DNA of 64,000 nucleotides from an uncultured Gemmatimonadales bacterium (GTDB lineage: Bacteria > Gemmatimonadota > Gemmatimonadetes > Gemmatimonadales > GWC2-71-9), in assembly GCA_963788625.1 (NCBI GenBank), contig CAWBHB010000004.1:71358-135357 (forward strand), read 5' to 3'. Positions 33,647 to 42,532 of this stretch are shown piece after piece (the stretch's first letter is position 1; each line of letters opens with the position of its first letter). The notes below the pieces were generated by a model, which searched no databases, was not told the origin of the DNA, and worked only from the letters and a program-made list of their open reading frames with translations. The position numbers and the translations under genes are program-made.

Positions 33647-34887
33647 GTGAACATCGGCCGCATGTTCGAGGGCGTGTCCATTGCGCTCGATTCGCTTCGG
33701 GCCAACAAGGTGCGCGCTGCCCTGACGATTCTGGGTGTGGCGATCGGCGTGATGGTGGTCATCGCGATGGCATCGGCGATTACCGGGATCAATCGCAGCG
33801 TATCGTCCATGCTCGAAACGCTGGGGCCCAAGACCTTCTTCGTCGAACGCTTCTTCCAGGGCGGTCTCACCATCAGCGACGGCTCGGACGAGCTTTCCCC
33901 CTGGCGCCGCAATCCCTGGCTGACCGTGGACGAAGCCAAGATGCTGCAGAAACTGAACACGGTGCGGGAAGTCACCTGGCGCGAGGGGACCAGCGGTCCC
34001 GTGGCCTACGGCGACGTGAATCTCACCAGTGTGGGGACCACCGGCTTCAGCCCGAGCTGGGTCCGCTCGGTGGGCGGGACCATCACCCAGGGACGCAACT
34101 ACACCGACCTGGAAGAGGCAGCGAGCGCGCGCGTCGCGGTGATCAACAACAAGCTCGCGGAGCAGCTCTTCCCCGGCCTCGATCCGATCGGCAAGCGGAT
34201 CAAGATCTCGGGTGAGCCGTTCGAGGTGGTGGGCCTCTACACCGAGCCGCAGAGCCTCTTCGGGGACAACGATTCCCCCAGCGTCACCATTCCCCATTCG
34301 ACCTTCACCAAGGTCTGCGATTACTGGAAGGGCTGGATGGAGATCGCCGTGAGCCCGCAGCCCTGGGCCTCGGTGGATCAGACCATGGACGACGTGACCG
34401 CGGCAATGCGCGCGACGCGAGGGCTCAAGCCGCCGAGGAGAATAATTTCGCCTTGGTCAGCCAGGACAAGATCCTCGACACCTGGAACAAGATCACCAGT
34501 GGCTTCTTCCTGGTGATGCTGGCGCTGTCGGGCGTCGGGTTGATGGTAGGCGGTGTCGGAGTGGTCGCCATCATGATGATCTCGGTTACCGAGCGGACCC
34601 GGGAAATCGGGGTGCGTAAGGCCCTGGGAGCCACTCGGCGCGAGATCATGTTCCAGTTCCTGGTGGAAGCCGCGACCCTTACCCTGGTCGGCTGCATCGT
34701 CGGCATGACGATGGGCGGCCTCATCGCCTGGGCCATCCGCTCCTTCACCTCGATTCCCGCCGCAGTCCCGCTGCTGTCGGTAGTCGCGGCGGTCATCATG
34801 TCGATTCTTACCGGAATCCTCTTCGGACTCTACCCCGCCAACCGGGCCAGCAAGCTGGATCCGGTCGAAGCCCTCAGGTACGAGTAG
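33647..34887 (+). CDS. ABC transporter permease 2 (MacB_PCD + FtsX), one frame break near 34440
   Basis: ORF 33647..34516 plus 34453..34887. TERTREIGVRKALGATRREI, LDPVEALRYE. Confidence 0.88.
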
Positions 34888-35026
34888 CGGGAGAAGGGAG
34901 ACGGGAAGCGGCGATTGAGGATTGATGATTTCAGATTGAAGATTGAGGGCCAGATGGGGCGAAAGACCCAATCTGAAATCTGCAATCTGAAATCTGCAAT
35001 CCCCTTCTCCCGTCTTCCGTCTCCCT
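34887..35026. repeat. nested heptamer-armed hairpin inside the permease operon
   Basis: Outer arms gcgggagaagggagacgggaagcgg (34887-34911) / ccccttctcccgtcttccgtctccc (35001-35025). Inner arms gattgaggattgatgatttcagattgaagattgaggg (34913-49) / cccaatctgaaatctgcaatctgaaatctgcaatcc (34967-35002). Confidence 0.9.
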
Positions 35027-35040
35027 TTGTATTTTGCAGC

Positions 35041-36285
35041 ATGCCCTTCTACGAAGCCTTCAAGCTGGCCGTACAGTCCATCCTCAGTGCCAAGCTTCGG
35101 TCCTTCTTCACCCTCCTGGGCATCATCGTCTCGGTAGGATTCCTGGTCACCGTGGTCGCGGTGATCCAGGGCATGAACGCGTACGTCAAGGAGAACATCA
35201 CGGGAGCGGTGATCGGGACGAACGCGTTTCAGGTCCGGAGAACACCAATCGCCGTCGGCCTGCTGAGCGACGACGAGCTGCGCGAGATCCAGAAGCGCCC
35301 ACGGCTCTCCCGGGAAGACGCAGCCGTCGTTCATCGCGCCATCCCCGACGCCCAGGCCGTCTCCCTCCAGTCCGGATGGCCTACCCCGACCACCGACGTG
35401 ACCTATCGGAACCGCACTGTCGGCGATGTGCTGATCTTCGGAGTCACTCCCCCCTACCAGGTGGTGCAGGACTATCGCTTCGTGGCGGGGGAGCCGCTCG
35501 CCGATCCCGACGTCCGGGAGCGGCGCTACGTGGTGGTCCTGGGCTACGATGTGGCCGACAAGCTGTTCGGGGGAGCGGACCTGGCTATCGGCCGGAGGAT
35601 CCGCCTGGCTGGGCGCGAGATGACGGTCAAAGCGGTCACCGCTAAGAAGGGCCGGGTCCTCGGCCAGTCATTCGACGGCTTCGCCCTGATGCCCATTTCG
35701 ACCTTCGAGGCGATCTACGGCCGGCGGAAGACAACAACCGTCTCGGTCAAGATGGCCAGCGCCGACCTGATCCCGTCAGCCATGGAACGGGCCGAGGAGG
35801 CGATGCGGGTCGCCCACCGACTGCGTCCCAACGAACCCAACGATTTCACGGTCGACAAGGCGGATGCCCTCGTCGCATTCTGGCGCAACCTCACCAAGGT
35901 GCTCTTCACCGTGGTCCCGGCGGTCGTCTGTATCGGCATCGTGGTCGGCGGTATCGTGATCATGAACATCATGCTGATGACGGTGACCGAACGCACCCGC
36001 GAAATCGGCATCCGGAAGTCACTCGGCGCGACTCGAGCGGATATCCGCCGCCAGTTCCTCATCGAGGCGATGGTGCTGGCCACACTCGGTGGCATCCAGG
36101 GCGTGATCGGGGGTTACCTCCTCTCGCTGGCGGTCTCGGCGTTTACCCCGCTCCCCGCCCGGGTGACCCTCTGGTCGATCGGTGTCGCACTGCTCCTCGG
36201 CGCCGGGACCGGAATCCTGTTCGGGGTTTATCCCGCGACGCGGGCGGCCCGCCTCGATCCGATCACCGCCCTCCGCGCCGAATGA
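35041..36285 (+). CDS. ABC transporter permease 3 (MacB_PCD + FtsX)
   Basis: Starts MPFYEAFKLAVQSILSAKLRSFFTLLGI; TERTREIGIRKSLGATRADI; LDPITALRAE. The upstream part of ORF 34915..36285 is translated repeat. Confidence 0.9.
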   Translation: MPFYEAFKLAVQSILSAKLRSFFTLLGIIVSVGFLVTVVAVIQGMNAYVKENITGAVIGTNAFQVRRTPIAVGLLSDDELREIQKRPRLSREDAAVVHRAIPDAQAVSLQSGWPTPTTDVTYRNRTVGDVLIFGVTPPYQVVQDYRFVAGEPLADPDVRERRYVVVLGYDVADKLFGGADLAIGRRIRLAGREMTVKAVTAKKGRVLGQSFDGFALMPISTFEAIYGRRKTTTVSVKMASADLIPSAMERAEEAMRVAHRLRPNEPNDFTVDKADALVAFWRNLTKVLFTVVPAVVCIGIVVGGIVIMNIMLMTVTERTREIGIRKSLGATRADIRRQFLIEAMVLATLGGIQGVIGGYLLSLAVSAFTPLPARVTLWSIGVALLLGAGTGILFGVYPATRAARLDPITALRAE

Positions 36286-36292
36286 CCTGTTC

Positions 36293-37531
36293 ATGATCCT
36301 TCGGAACGTCGACGAGGGAGTCGGCATCGCGCTGGACGCGCTGCGCTCCAACAAGCTCCGCTCCGCCCTCACCATTCTGGGAGTGGTGATCGGGGTCTCT
36401 ACCGTGATGGCGATGGCCTCGATCGTGGAAGGGATTCGCGGCCAGATCTTCAATGCCATGAACACCGCGGGACCCAGCGCCTTCTACGTTATGCGGTTCT
36501 TCAGCCAGACCCCGCTCAATCCTGACCATCTGCCCTATGAGGTCCGGATCCGGCCGGTTCTCACCGAGGAAGACGCAGTTGCCGTCCGGAACGTCCCCGA
36601 GATTCAGTACGCCGGGATTTGGGTTCAGATGTTCCTTCGCATGGAGTACCAGGGGATCTCGACCCAGACGGTCACCGTCTACGGCGCCGACGAGCACTAC
36701 ATGGAGATTCTCGGCGGCACCCTGCTTCGGGGACGGTTCTTTGCGCCATCGGAGCTGGATGGCGAACCGGTCGTCGTGCTGGAAGAGGAATCCGCGGACC
36801 GGCTGTTCGGGGAAATCGATCCGATGGGACGGCGGATCCGGGTGGGGGGAGTAGCACTCACGGTGATAGGCATCTACCAGCGGCCGGCGAATATCTTCGA
36901 GCCACCCGGGCAGCAGATCGGCGCCATCATGCCCTTCGTTACGGCGAAGCGGAACTATCGCTATGACGAGACCAACGGCCTGTTCCTTTCGGTGAAGGGA
37001 TGGCCCCGGATTTCGGTCCCGATCGCGAAGGATCTCACCATCGCGGCCCTGCGGCGGGAACGCCGGCTCCGGCCCGGCATGCCGAACACCTTCGACGTGA
37101 TCACCCAGGACCAGATCCTCGACACGATCAGCAATCTGACCACTGCTTTCTTCGGCGTGATGGTCGCCTTGTCGAGCGTCGCGCTCCTGGTGGGCGGAAT
37201 CGGAGTCATGGCCATCATGATGGTGTCGGTCACCGATCGCACCCGCGAAATCGGGCTCCGCAAGGCACTCGGTGCCACTCGTCAGGAGATCCTCTGGCAA
37301 TTCCTGGTCGAGTCGGCGACCCTCACCTTCATCGGCGGGCTACTGGGCATCGCCTTTGGCCTGGCCACGGGACATATCCTGAAGCGAGTGCTGGACCTGC
37401 AGTCTGGTGTTCCCTTGTGGAGCGCCGTCGTAGCCACCGTGGTAAGCATCCTGATCGGGCTGGTGTTCGGGCTCTATCCCGCCAATCGCGCCGCGACAAT
37501 GGATCCGGTCGAGGCCCTGCGACACGAATAG
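36293..37531 (+). CDS. ABC transporter permease 4 (MacB_PCD + FtsX)
   Basis: Starts MILRNVDEGVGIALDALRSNKLRSALTILGV; TDRTREIGLRKALGATRQEI; MDPVEALRHE. Confidence 0.9.
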   Translation: MILRNVDEGVGIALDALRSNKLRSALTILGVVIGVSTVMAMASIVEGIRGQIFNAMNTAGPSAFYVMRFFSQTPLNPDHLPYEVRIRPVLTEEDAVAVRNVPEIQYAGIWVQMFLRMEYQGISTQTVTVYGADEHYMEILGGTLLRGRFFAPSELDGEPVVVLEEESADRLFGEIDPMGRRIRVGGVALTVIGIYQRPANIFEPPGQQIGAIMPFVTAKRNYRYDETNGLFLSVKGWPRISVPIAKDLTIAALRRERRLRPGMPNTFDVITQDQILDTISNLTTAFFGVMVALSSVALLVGGIGVMAIMMVSVTDRTREIGLRKALGATRQEILWQFLVESATLTFIGGLLGIAFGLATGHILKRVLDLQSGVPLWSAVVATVVSILIGLVFGLYPANRAATMDPVEALRHE

Positions 37532-37534
37532 ACT

Positions 37535-37642
37535 GGAAAAGCGTGAGAAGTGAGAAGTGAGACGTGAGAAGGGGGTTCGGTATCGGGCTCCCCGTCGGGC
37601 TTTCCTTCTCACTTCTTACTTCTCACTTCTCACGCTGTTTCC
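37535..37642. repeat. heptamer-armed hairpin (unit GTGAGAA)
   Basis: ggaaaagcgtgagaagtgagaagtgagacgtgagaagg (37535-72) pairs with ccttctcacttcttacttctcacttctcacgctgtttcc (37604-42). Confidence 0.9.
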
Positions 37643-37711
37643 GTTCCTGCCGGTCTGTGCAATTCCTCGCCGCCCGGCGCATCCCCTCGCAACCCCTGAC
37701 CCGAGGACAAC

Positions 37712-38686
37712 ATGCGTTCCTGGATGGCAGCCGCATTCACCCTGACCGCGGTCGCGTGTCTGGCCCAGCGCGCCGCATTCGATGCGAAGAGCAAAGACGT
37801 AGCAGACGAGGTCCGCCGTGCCGAGTTGCAATCCAACGCGGCGCCAGTAGCGGCGGATGCACTGGCCGGAGGAAAGGTCGCCGAAGGAGACGTCGGGTAT
37901 GCCCAGCCGATCGCCCGCCCGTCCCTGCCGGGGGTGATGGTGATTCGGACCGGCCAGGCCAGCGTCGAGGTGGATTCATTGGAAAATTCAGTCGCTCAAT
38001 TACGGCAGCTCGCCGGACGGCTCGGCGGCTATCTCGCCAACAGTGCCTATCAGGCAGGGTCCGCCCAGTACCGCTCCGCGTCCATCGAACTCCGGGTGCC
38101 CTCGGAACGGTTCGACGAGCTGGTGAACGGAGTGTCACCGCTGGGAAAGGTGGAATACGTGAATGTGACCGCCCAGGACGTAGGCGAAGAGTACGCCGAC
38201 GTCGCGGCGCGCATCACTAATGGCAAGCGGCTCGAAGGCCGATTGATCGAGCTGTTGGCGAACCGCACGGGAAAGCTCCAGGATGTTCTCGAGGTGGAGC
38301 GGGAGCTGGCACGAGTGCGGGAAGAAATCGAGCGGTACGAGGGCCGGCTGCGGTACCTGGCGGCGCACGCCTCGATGAGCAGCCTGACCATCTCGCTGCA
38401 CGAGCCCCTGCCGATTCAGGGAGCATATCGCGGAAGCCCGGTTATCGCCGAAGCCTTCCAGCGGGCCTGGCGTAACTTCGTGAACCTGAACGCAGCGATC
38501 ATCTCTTCCCTGGGTGTGGTGCTGCCGCTCGGCCTGGTGGGAATGGCCGGGGTCCTCACGATTCGTCGCTGGTGGCGGAGACGGGGCTGTGGTCGTGGCC
38601 GGCTAGGTGTCGCAGGGGTCAGGTGTCAGGGATCAGGTGGACCGCTATCTCCCCTGACACCTGGCACCTCACACCTCTACGGCTGA
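37712..38686 (+). CDS. DUF4349-like lipoprotein/membrane protein; the 3' end reads through a repeat hairpin
   Basis: Uninterrupted ORF. MRSWMAAAFTLTAVACLAQ, coiled-coil region (RLEGRLIELLANRTGKLQDVLEVERELARVREEIERYEGRL), C-terminal TM helices. Residues after ~38590 are encoded by the hairpin. Confidence 0.65.
   Translation: MRSWMAAAFTLTAVACLAQRAAFDAKSKDVADEVRRAELQSNAAPVAADALAGGKVAEGDVGYAQPIARPSLPGVMVIRTGQASVEVDSLENSVAQLRQLAGRLGGYLANSAYQAGSAQYRSASIELRVPSERFDELVNGVSPLGKVEYVNVTAQDVGEEYADVAARITNGKRLEGRLIELLANRTGKLQDVLEVERELARVREEIERYEGRLRYLAAHASMSSLTISLHEPLPIQGAYRGSPVIAEAFQRAWRNFVNLNAAIISSLGVVLPLGLVGMAGVLTIRRWWRRRGCGRGRLGVAGVRCQGSGGPLSPLTPGTSHLYG
38604..38677. repeat. heptamer-armed hairpin (unit TCAGGTG/CAGGTGT), copy 1
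   Basis: aggtgtcgcaggggtcaggtgtcagggatcaggtgg (38605-40) pairs with cccctgacacctggcacctcacacctc (38651-77). Confidence 0.85.
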
Positions 38687-39256
38687 ACCTGACTGGCACT
38701 CTGTGCCACAAGGGAATCCATAGCCGCAAGGAAGACTTCCTCAAACTTGCCCTTGCTCTCGCAATCCACCCATGTCACTTGTCCCTCATCCATTTCCGAT
38801 TGAGCGGCCCGCACTCCCAATCGCAGTGCGACGCTGTCTGGAACAACTGGCCGCAATTGTATCCGCAAGCTCAACGAAGCCGTGTTCTGGACTTCTCCAG
38901 TGGTCAGGCTGATCTGGGCTCCAGCAGGAGCTGTGCGGGCAGGTCATGTAGTCCTTGGAACGCCACTTCTTCTGCGATTTTCCCGTCTTGTCCTGCTTAT
39001 TCCAACGCCCTTCAAAGTAGAGCGCGGTCGTTCTTTTCCAGGGAGAATCCGGCTTCAGCTTCACATCAAGCGATTGTGCAACCTGACGCACGGCTGCGGC
39101 TACGGTACCCGTATCGGCCTGATAGACTCTGGCAACCGGGTATTCCACCGGAGCAACGCCGCCCGGACCACAGCCAAGGCACAGCCCCAAGGCCATGGCA
39201 GCATGTTGCCAGAGGGCCCTCGACGAGCGTGGGAGTGAATCAGAATCGGGGGACAT
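38677..39256 (-). CDS. hypothetical lipoprotein, one frame break near 38875
   Basis: GGGAGG RBS; MSPDSDSLPRSSRALWQHAAMALGLCLGCGPGG (lipobox-like LGC). The C-terminal part is in ORF 38677..38874 (VALRLGVRAAQSEMDEGQVTWVDCESKGKFEEVFLAAMDSL). No family recognised. Confidence 0.55.
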
Positions 39257-39297
39257 TGGCCTCCCTTCCGTGCGGGCTGAGCTGGCAGGGGCCAGGC

Positions 39298-39370
39298 TTA
39301 AGGTGTCGGAGATCAGGTTGAAGAGTATCTTGGAATCCGTTTCCTGACACCTGACTCCTGACACCTGAAC
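39298..39370. repeat. heptamer-armed hairpin (unit TCAGGTG/CAGGTGT), copy 2
   Basis: aggtgtcggagatcaggt (39301-18) pairs with cctgacacctgactcctgacacct (39343-66). Same orientation as the 38604 copy, with arms ~80-85% identical to it. Confidence 0.85.
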
Positions 39371-39374
39371 CCTC

Positions 39375-40091
39375 ATGTCCGTCCACCTGCTTGCCATCGC
39401 CGCGCATCGGGACGACACCGAGCTCACCTGCGCCGGCACCCTCCTCAAGGCTGTGGATCAGGGGTATCGAACCGGGATCCTCGACCTCACCGCGGGCGAA
39501 AGTGGCACCCATGGCAGTGCATCACTGCGGGGCCAGGAAGCGGAACGGGCCGCCAAGATTCTGGGAGTGACGGAGCGTCGCAATGCCGGGCTGCCCGACG
39601 CGCATCTCGAAAACAGCGAGGAGGCACGCCGAATCGTCGTGGAACACATTCGGCACTTCGCTCCAAGGGTGGTGATTCTGCCCTTTCCCATCGGTCGCCA
39701 TCCGGACCACCGGATCGCGTCGGATCTGGGCCGAGATGCCTGCTTTCTCGCCGGCCTGGCCAAGTACGATGCTCCGGGCGACCCGCACCGCCCTCACAAG
39801 ATCCTGTACTCCCTCGCCTACCGTGAAGACCCGGTGAAACCGACGTTCGTGGTTGATATCTCGGCCCAGTTCGAACGGAAGCTGGCCGCGATCAAGTGCT
39901 ATTCCAGCCAGTTCGATGGGGCGAAGAATGCGGGCGAGATCTTCCCTACCGGTCAGGATCTCTATTCCCTCGTTGAGACCCAGAATGCCCATTACGGCTC
40001 CCTCATCCGTACTCGGTACGGGGAGCCTTTCTTTACTCAGGAGACGATGCGGGTGGATAACGTCGTGAGCCTGGAGGTCCAGAGCATGTAG
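39375..40091 (+). CDS. bshB1: PIG-L/LmbE-family deacetylase, bacillithiol biosynthesis BshB1-like
   Basis: Uninterrupted 238 aa. LLAIAAHRDDTELTCAGTLLK, ILDLTAGE.GT, HPDH, IKCYSSQF. Confidence 0.8.
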   Translation: MSVHLLAIAAHRDDTELTCAGTLLKAVDQGYRTGILDLTAGESGTHGSASLRGQEAERAAKILGVTERRNAGLPDAHLENSEEARRIVVEHIRHFAPRVVILPFPIGRHPDHRIASDLGRDACFLAGLAKYDAPGDPHRPHKILYSLAYREDPVKPTFVVDISAQFERKLAAIKCYSSQFDGAKNAGEIFPTGQDLYSLVETQNAHYGSLIRTRYGEPFFTQETMRVDNVVSLEVQSM

Positions 40092-40220
40092 GACGGGAGA
40101 AGGGAGACGGGAGACGGGCAGTGTCATTCCGAGGGAGCGAAGTGACCGAGGAATCCCAATGGCGATCTGGGCATCGGGATTCCTCGCTTTGCTCGGAATG
40201 ACACCTTCGCCGTCTCCCTG
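40091..40220. repeat. nested hairpin: GGGAGAC-type outer arms and GTCATTCCGAGG...GGAATCCC inner arms
   Basis: Outer ggacgggagaagggagacgggagacggg (40091-118) / cgccgtctccctg (40209-20). Inner gtcattccgagggagcgaagtgaccgaggaatccc (40123-57) / gggattcctcgctttgctcggaatgac (40176-202). Confidence 0.9.
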
Positions 40221-40272
40221 CGTTGGTCTGCCATCCTTTCTCCAACCCCACATCCGCCGCTATTTTCCCCGC

Positions 40273-41451
40273 ATGTCTCACGGTCCCGTTTACCTCGATC
40301 ACGCTGCCACCACCCCGGTTCGCCCGGAGGTGCTGGAGGCCATGCTGCCCTACCTGGGCGCCGCGGCTTTCGGGAATCCTTCGAGTGCGCACCGCTTTGG
40401 CCGCGCGGCCCGGGCCGGGTTAGAGCAGGCACGGCGTGAAGTGGCCGAGGCTCTCGGGGCTGAGCCGGGGCAGGTCGTGTTCACCTCAGGTGGCACCGAG
40501 GCCGACAATCTGGCGGTGATCGGTTCCTGCCTGGCCGCCCGGCACCGGGGGCAGCCCATGATCGCCGCCATCTGCGCCACCGAGCACAAGGCCGTGCTGG
40601 CCGCGGCCCACGCGGTTCAGGGCCTGGGTGGTGAAGAGCGTGTCCTGCCGGTAGACCCAGGGGGGCGAGTCGAGCTGGATGCTCTGGACCGCACCCTGCG
40701 CGAGCGTCCGGCGGTGGTTTCCGTGATGTGGGTGAACAACGAAGTCGGGACGGTACAGCCGATTCCCACGATCGCAGCCCGGTGTTCCGAGGCCGGAGCG
40801 CTCATGCACACCGATGCGGTACAGGCATTCGGTAAGATCCCGATCCGATTCCGCGAGCTGCACTGCACCATGCTGACGATCTCCGGACACAAGGTCGGGG
40901 CGCCGAAGGGTGTGGGTGCGCTCATCGTGCGGGAGCGGAAGGCACTCGACGCCATCATCCACGGCGGCGGTCAGCAGTTCGGCATCAGACCCGGCACCGA
41001 GAATGTGGCGGGCGCGGTTGGTCTGGGCCGTGCCGCCGCCCTCGTGGTGGCGGAACTCGACTCGACTGTCGCTCGTATGCGAACGCTGCGGGATCGCCTC
41101 CTCGGCAAGCTGCGCGAGGGCGTCCCCGAGCTGCATGTCTGCGGCGATTCGGCGGAACGGGCCCCTCACATACTGAACGTCCTGGTATCCGGCACCGACA
41201 GCGAGGCGCTGCTGATGCACCTCGACCTGGCCGGCGTAGCGGCTTCGGGCGGATCGGCCTGCTCCACCGGAGCCGTCGAACCGTCCCACGTCCTCACGGC
41301 GATGGGCGTTCCGCGAGATTTGGCCCTGGGCGCGTTGCGCTTCAGCCTGGGGCACGAGACCACTGAGACCGACATCGATCGCGCGGCAGAGGTGTTCCCC
41401 ACCGTGGTGAGAAAGGTCCGCAAGCTGTCGGAGGCCCTGGGTCGTGCTTAA
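40273..41451 (+). CDS. cysteine desulfurase (class V aminotransferase, IscS/NifS type)
   Basis: [38 protein letters not shown] (PLP Lys), SGGSACSTG (catalytic Cys). The upstream part of ORF 40159.. is translated repeat. Confidence 0.92.
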   Translation: MSHGPVYLDHAATTPVRPEVLEAMLPYLGAAAFGNPSSAHRFGRAARAGLEQARREVAEALGAEPGQVVFTSGGTEADNLAVIGSCLAARHRGQPMIAAICATEHKAVLAAAHAVQGLGGEERVLPVDPGGRVELDALDRTLRERPAVVSVMWVNNEVGTVQPIPTIAARCSEAGALMHTDAVQAFGKIPIRFRELHCTMLTISGHKVGAPKGVGALIVRERKALDAIIHGGGQQFGIRPGTENVAGAVGLGRAAALVVAELDSTVARMRTLRDRLLGKLREGVPELHVCGDSAERAPHILNVLVSGTDSEALLMHLDLAGVAASGGSACSTGAVEPSHVLTAMGVPRDLALGALRFSLGHETTETDIDRAAEVFPTVVRKVRKLSEALGRA

Positions 41452-42532
41452 TCGCATTCGCGGAGGTCGAGGCAAGGCTGATCGGGTTCTCGTCGCCATG
41501 TCGGGCGGGGTAGACAGCTCGGTTGCGGCGGCTGCGCTGGTGGAACAGGGTTTCGACGTGGTGGGCGCCACGATGAAGCTGTTCTGCTACGGCGATTCGG
41601 TGCCTGACCGGCCCTGCTGCTCCCTCGACTCGATCAACGACGCCAAGGACGTCGCTCACAAGCTGGGGATTCCGCATTACGTGCTGAATCTGGAGGATCG
41701 CTTCAACCTCCACGTGATTCAGAACTTCGTGCAGGAGTACAGTCACGGCCGCACGCCCATTCCCTGTGTTCGCTGTAACTCCTTCACCAAGTTCCGCGAT
41801 TTGCTGGCGCACGCCGATGCCCTCGACTGCGGCCACATCGCGACCGGACACTACGCGATCGCCAGGGACGGTGCCCTGTATCGCGGCGCCGATCCTGGCA
41901 AGGATCAGAGCTACTTCCTGTGGGGGATCGACCGCGCCGTGGTAGCCCGCATGCTGACGCCGGTGGGTGGGCTGACCAAGCTGGAGACCCGCGCGATCGC
42001 CCGGAAGCTCCGCCTCCGTACTGCGGACAAGCCCGAGTCGGTCGAGATCTGCTTCGTGCCGGACGACGATTACGTGACCGTCCTGGAGCGCCATCTCCCG
42101 GAGGAGGCCCCTGCCCTGAGTCCCGGACCGCTGGTAAGCACCAGTGGTGAGGTGCTGGGCGAGCATCGCGGCTTCGCTCGATTCACCATTGGCCAGAGGA
42201 AAGGTCTCCCCGGTGGCAGTGCGGAGCCTCGGTACGTGGTCGCCATCCGGCCGGAGACTCGCGAGGTGGTCGTCGGCTCGGCCGATGAGTTGCTGGGCCA
42301 CACGGTCGAGTTGTCCGAGCTCAACTGGCTGGCGGACCCGCTGCCGGTCGGTGGGGACTGCCAGGTGCAGCTGCGCTATCGCTCCCGCGCCGTGACGGCG
42401 ACCGTGACCGCGCAGGAAGATGATCGCATCAGGCTCGCGCTGGAGACTCCCATCCGTGCCATCTCGCCCGGACAGTCCGGAGTGTTGTATTCCCCCGAGG
42501 GTCGCGTGCTCGGCGGGGGGGTGATCGTTTGA
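41444..42532 (+). CDS. mnmA: tRNA 2-thiouridine(34) synthase MnmA
   Basis: Uninterrupted 362 aa. [17 protein letters not shown]-loop, PCVRCN, DQSYFLW. Overlaps the desulfurase stop. Confidence 0.93.
   Translation: MLNRIRGGRGKADRVLVAMSGGVDSSVAAAALVEQGFDVVGATMKLFCYGDSVPDRPCCSLDSINDAKDVAHKLGIPHYVLNLEDRFNLHVIQNFVQEYSHGRTPIPCVRCNSFTKFRDLLAHADALDCGHIATGHYAIARDGALYRGADPGKDQSYFLWGIDRAVVARMLTPVGGLTKLETRAIARKLRLRTADKPESVEICFVPDDDYVTVLERHLPEEAPALSPGPLVSTSGEVLGEHRGFARFTIGQRKGLPGGSAEPRYVVAIRPETREVVVGSADELLGHTVELSELNWLADPLPVGGDCQVQLRYRSRAVTATVTAQEDDRIRLALETPIRAISPGQSGVLYSPEGRVLGGGVIV

Noticed and set aside
38604-39370. Hairpins as integron attC sites flanking a gene cassette
   Set aside because: No RYYYAAC/GTTRRRY core sites at the arm ends, no intI integrase or attI in the window, and the cassette gene is in opposite orientation to its neighbours. 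The cassette idea is kept only in the generic recombination sense.
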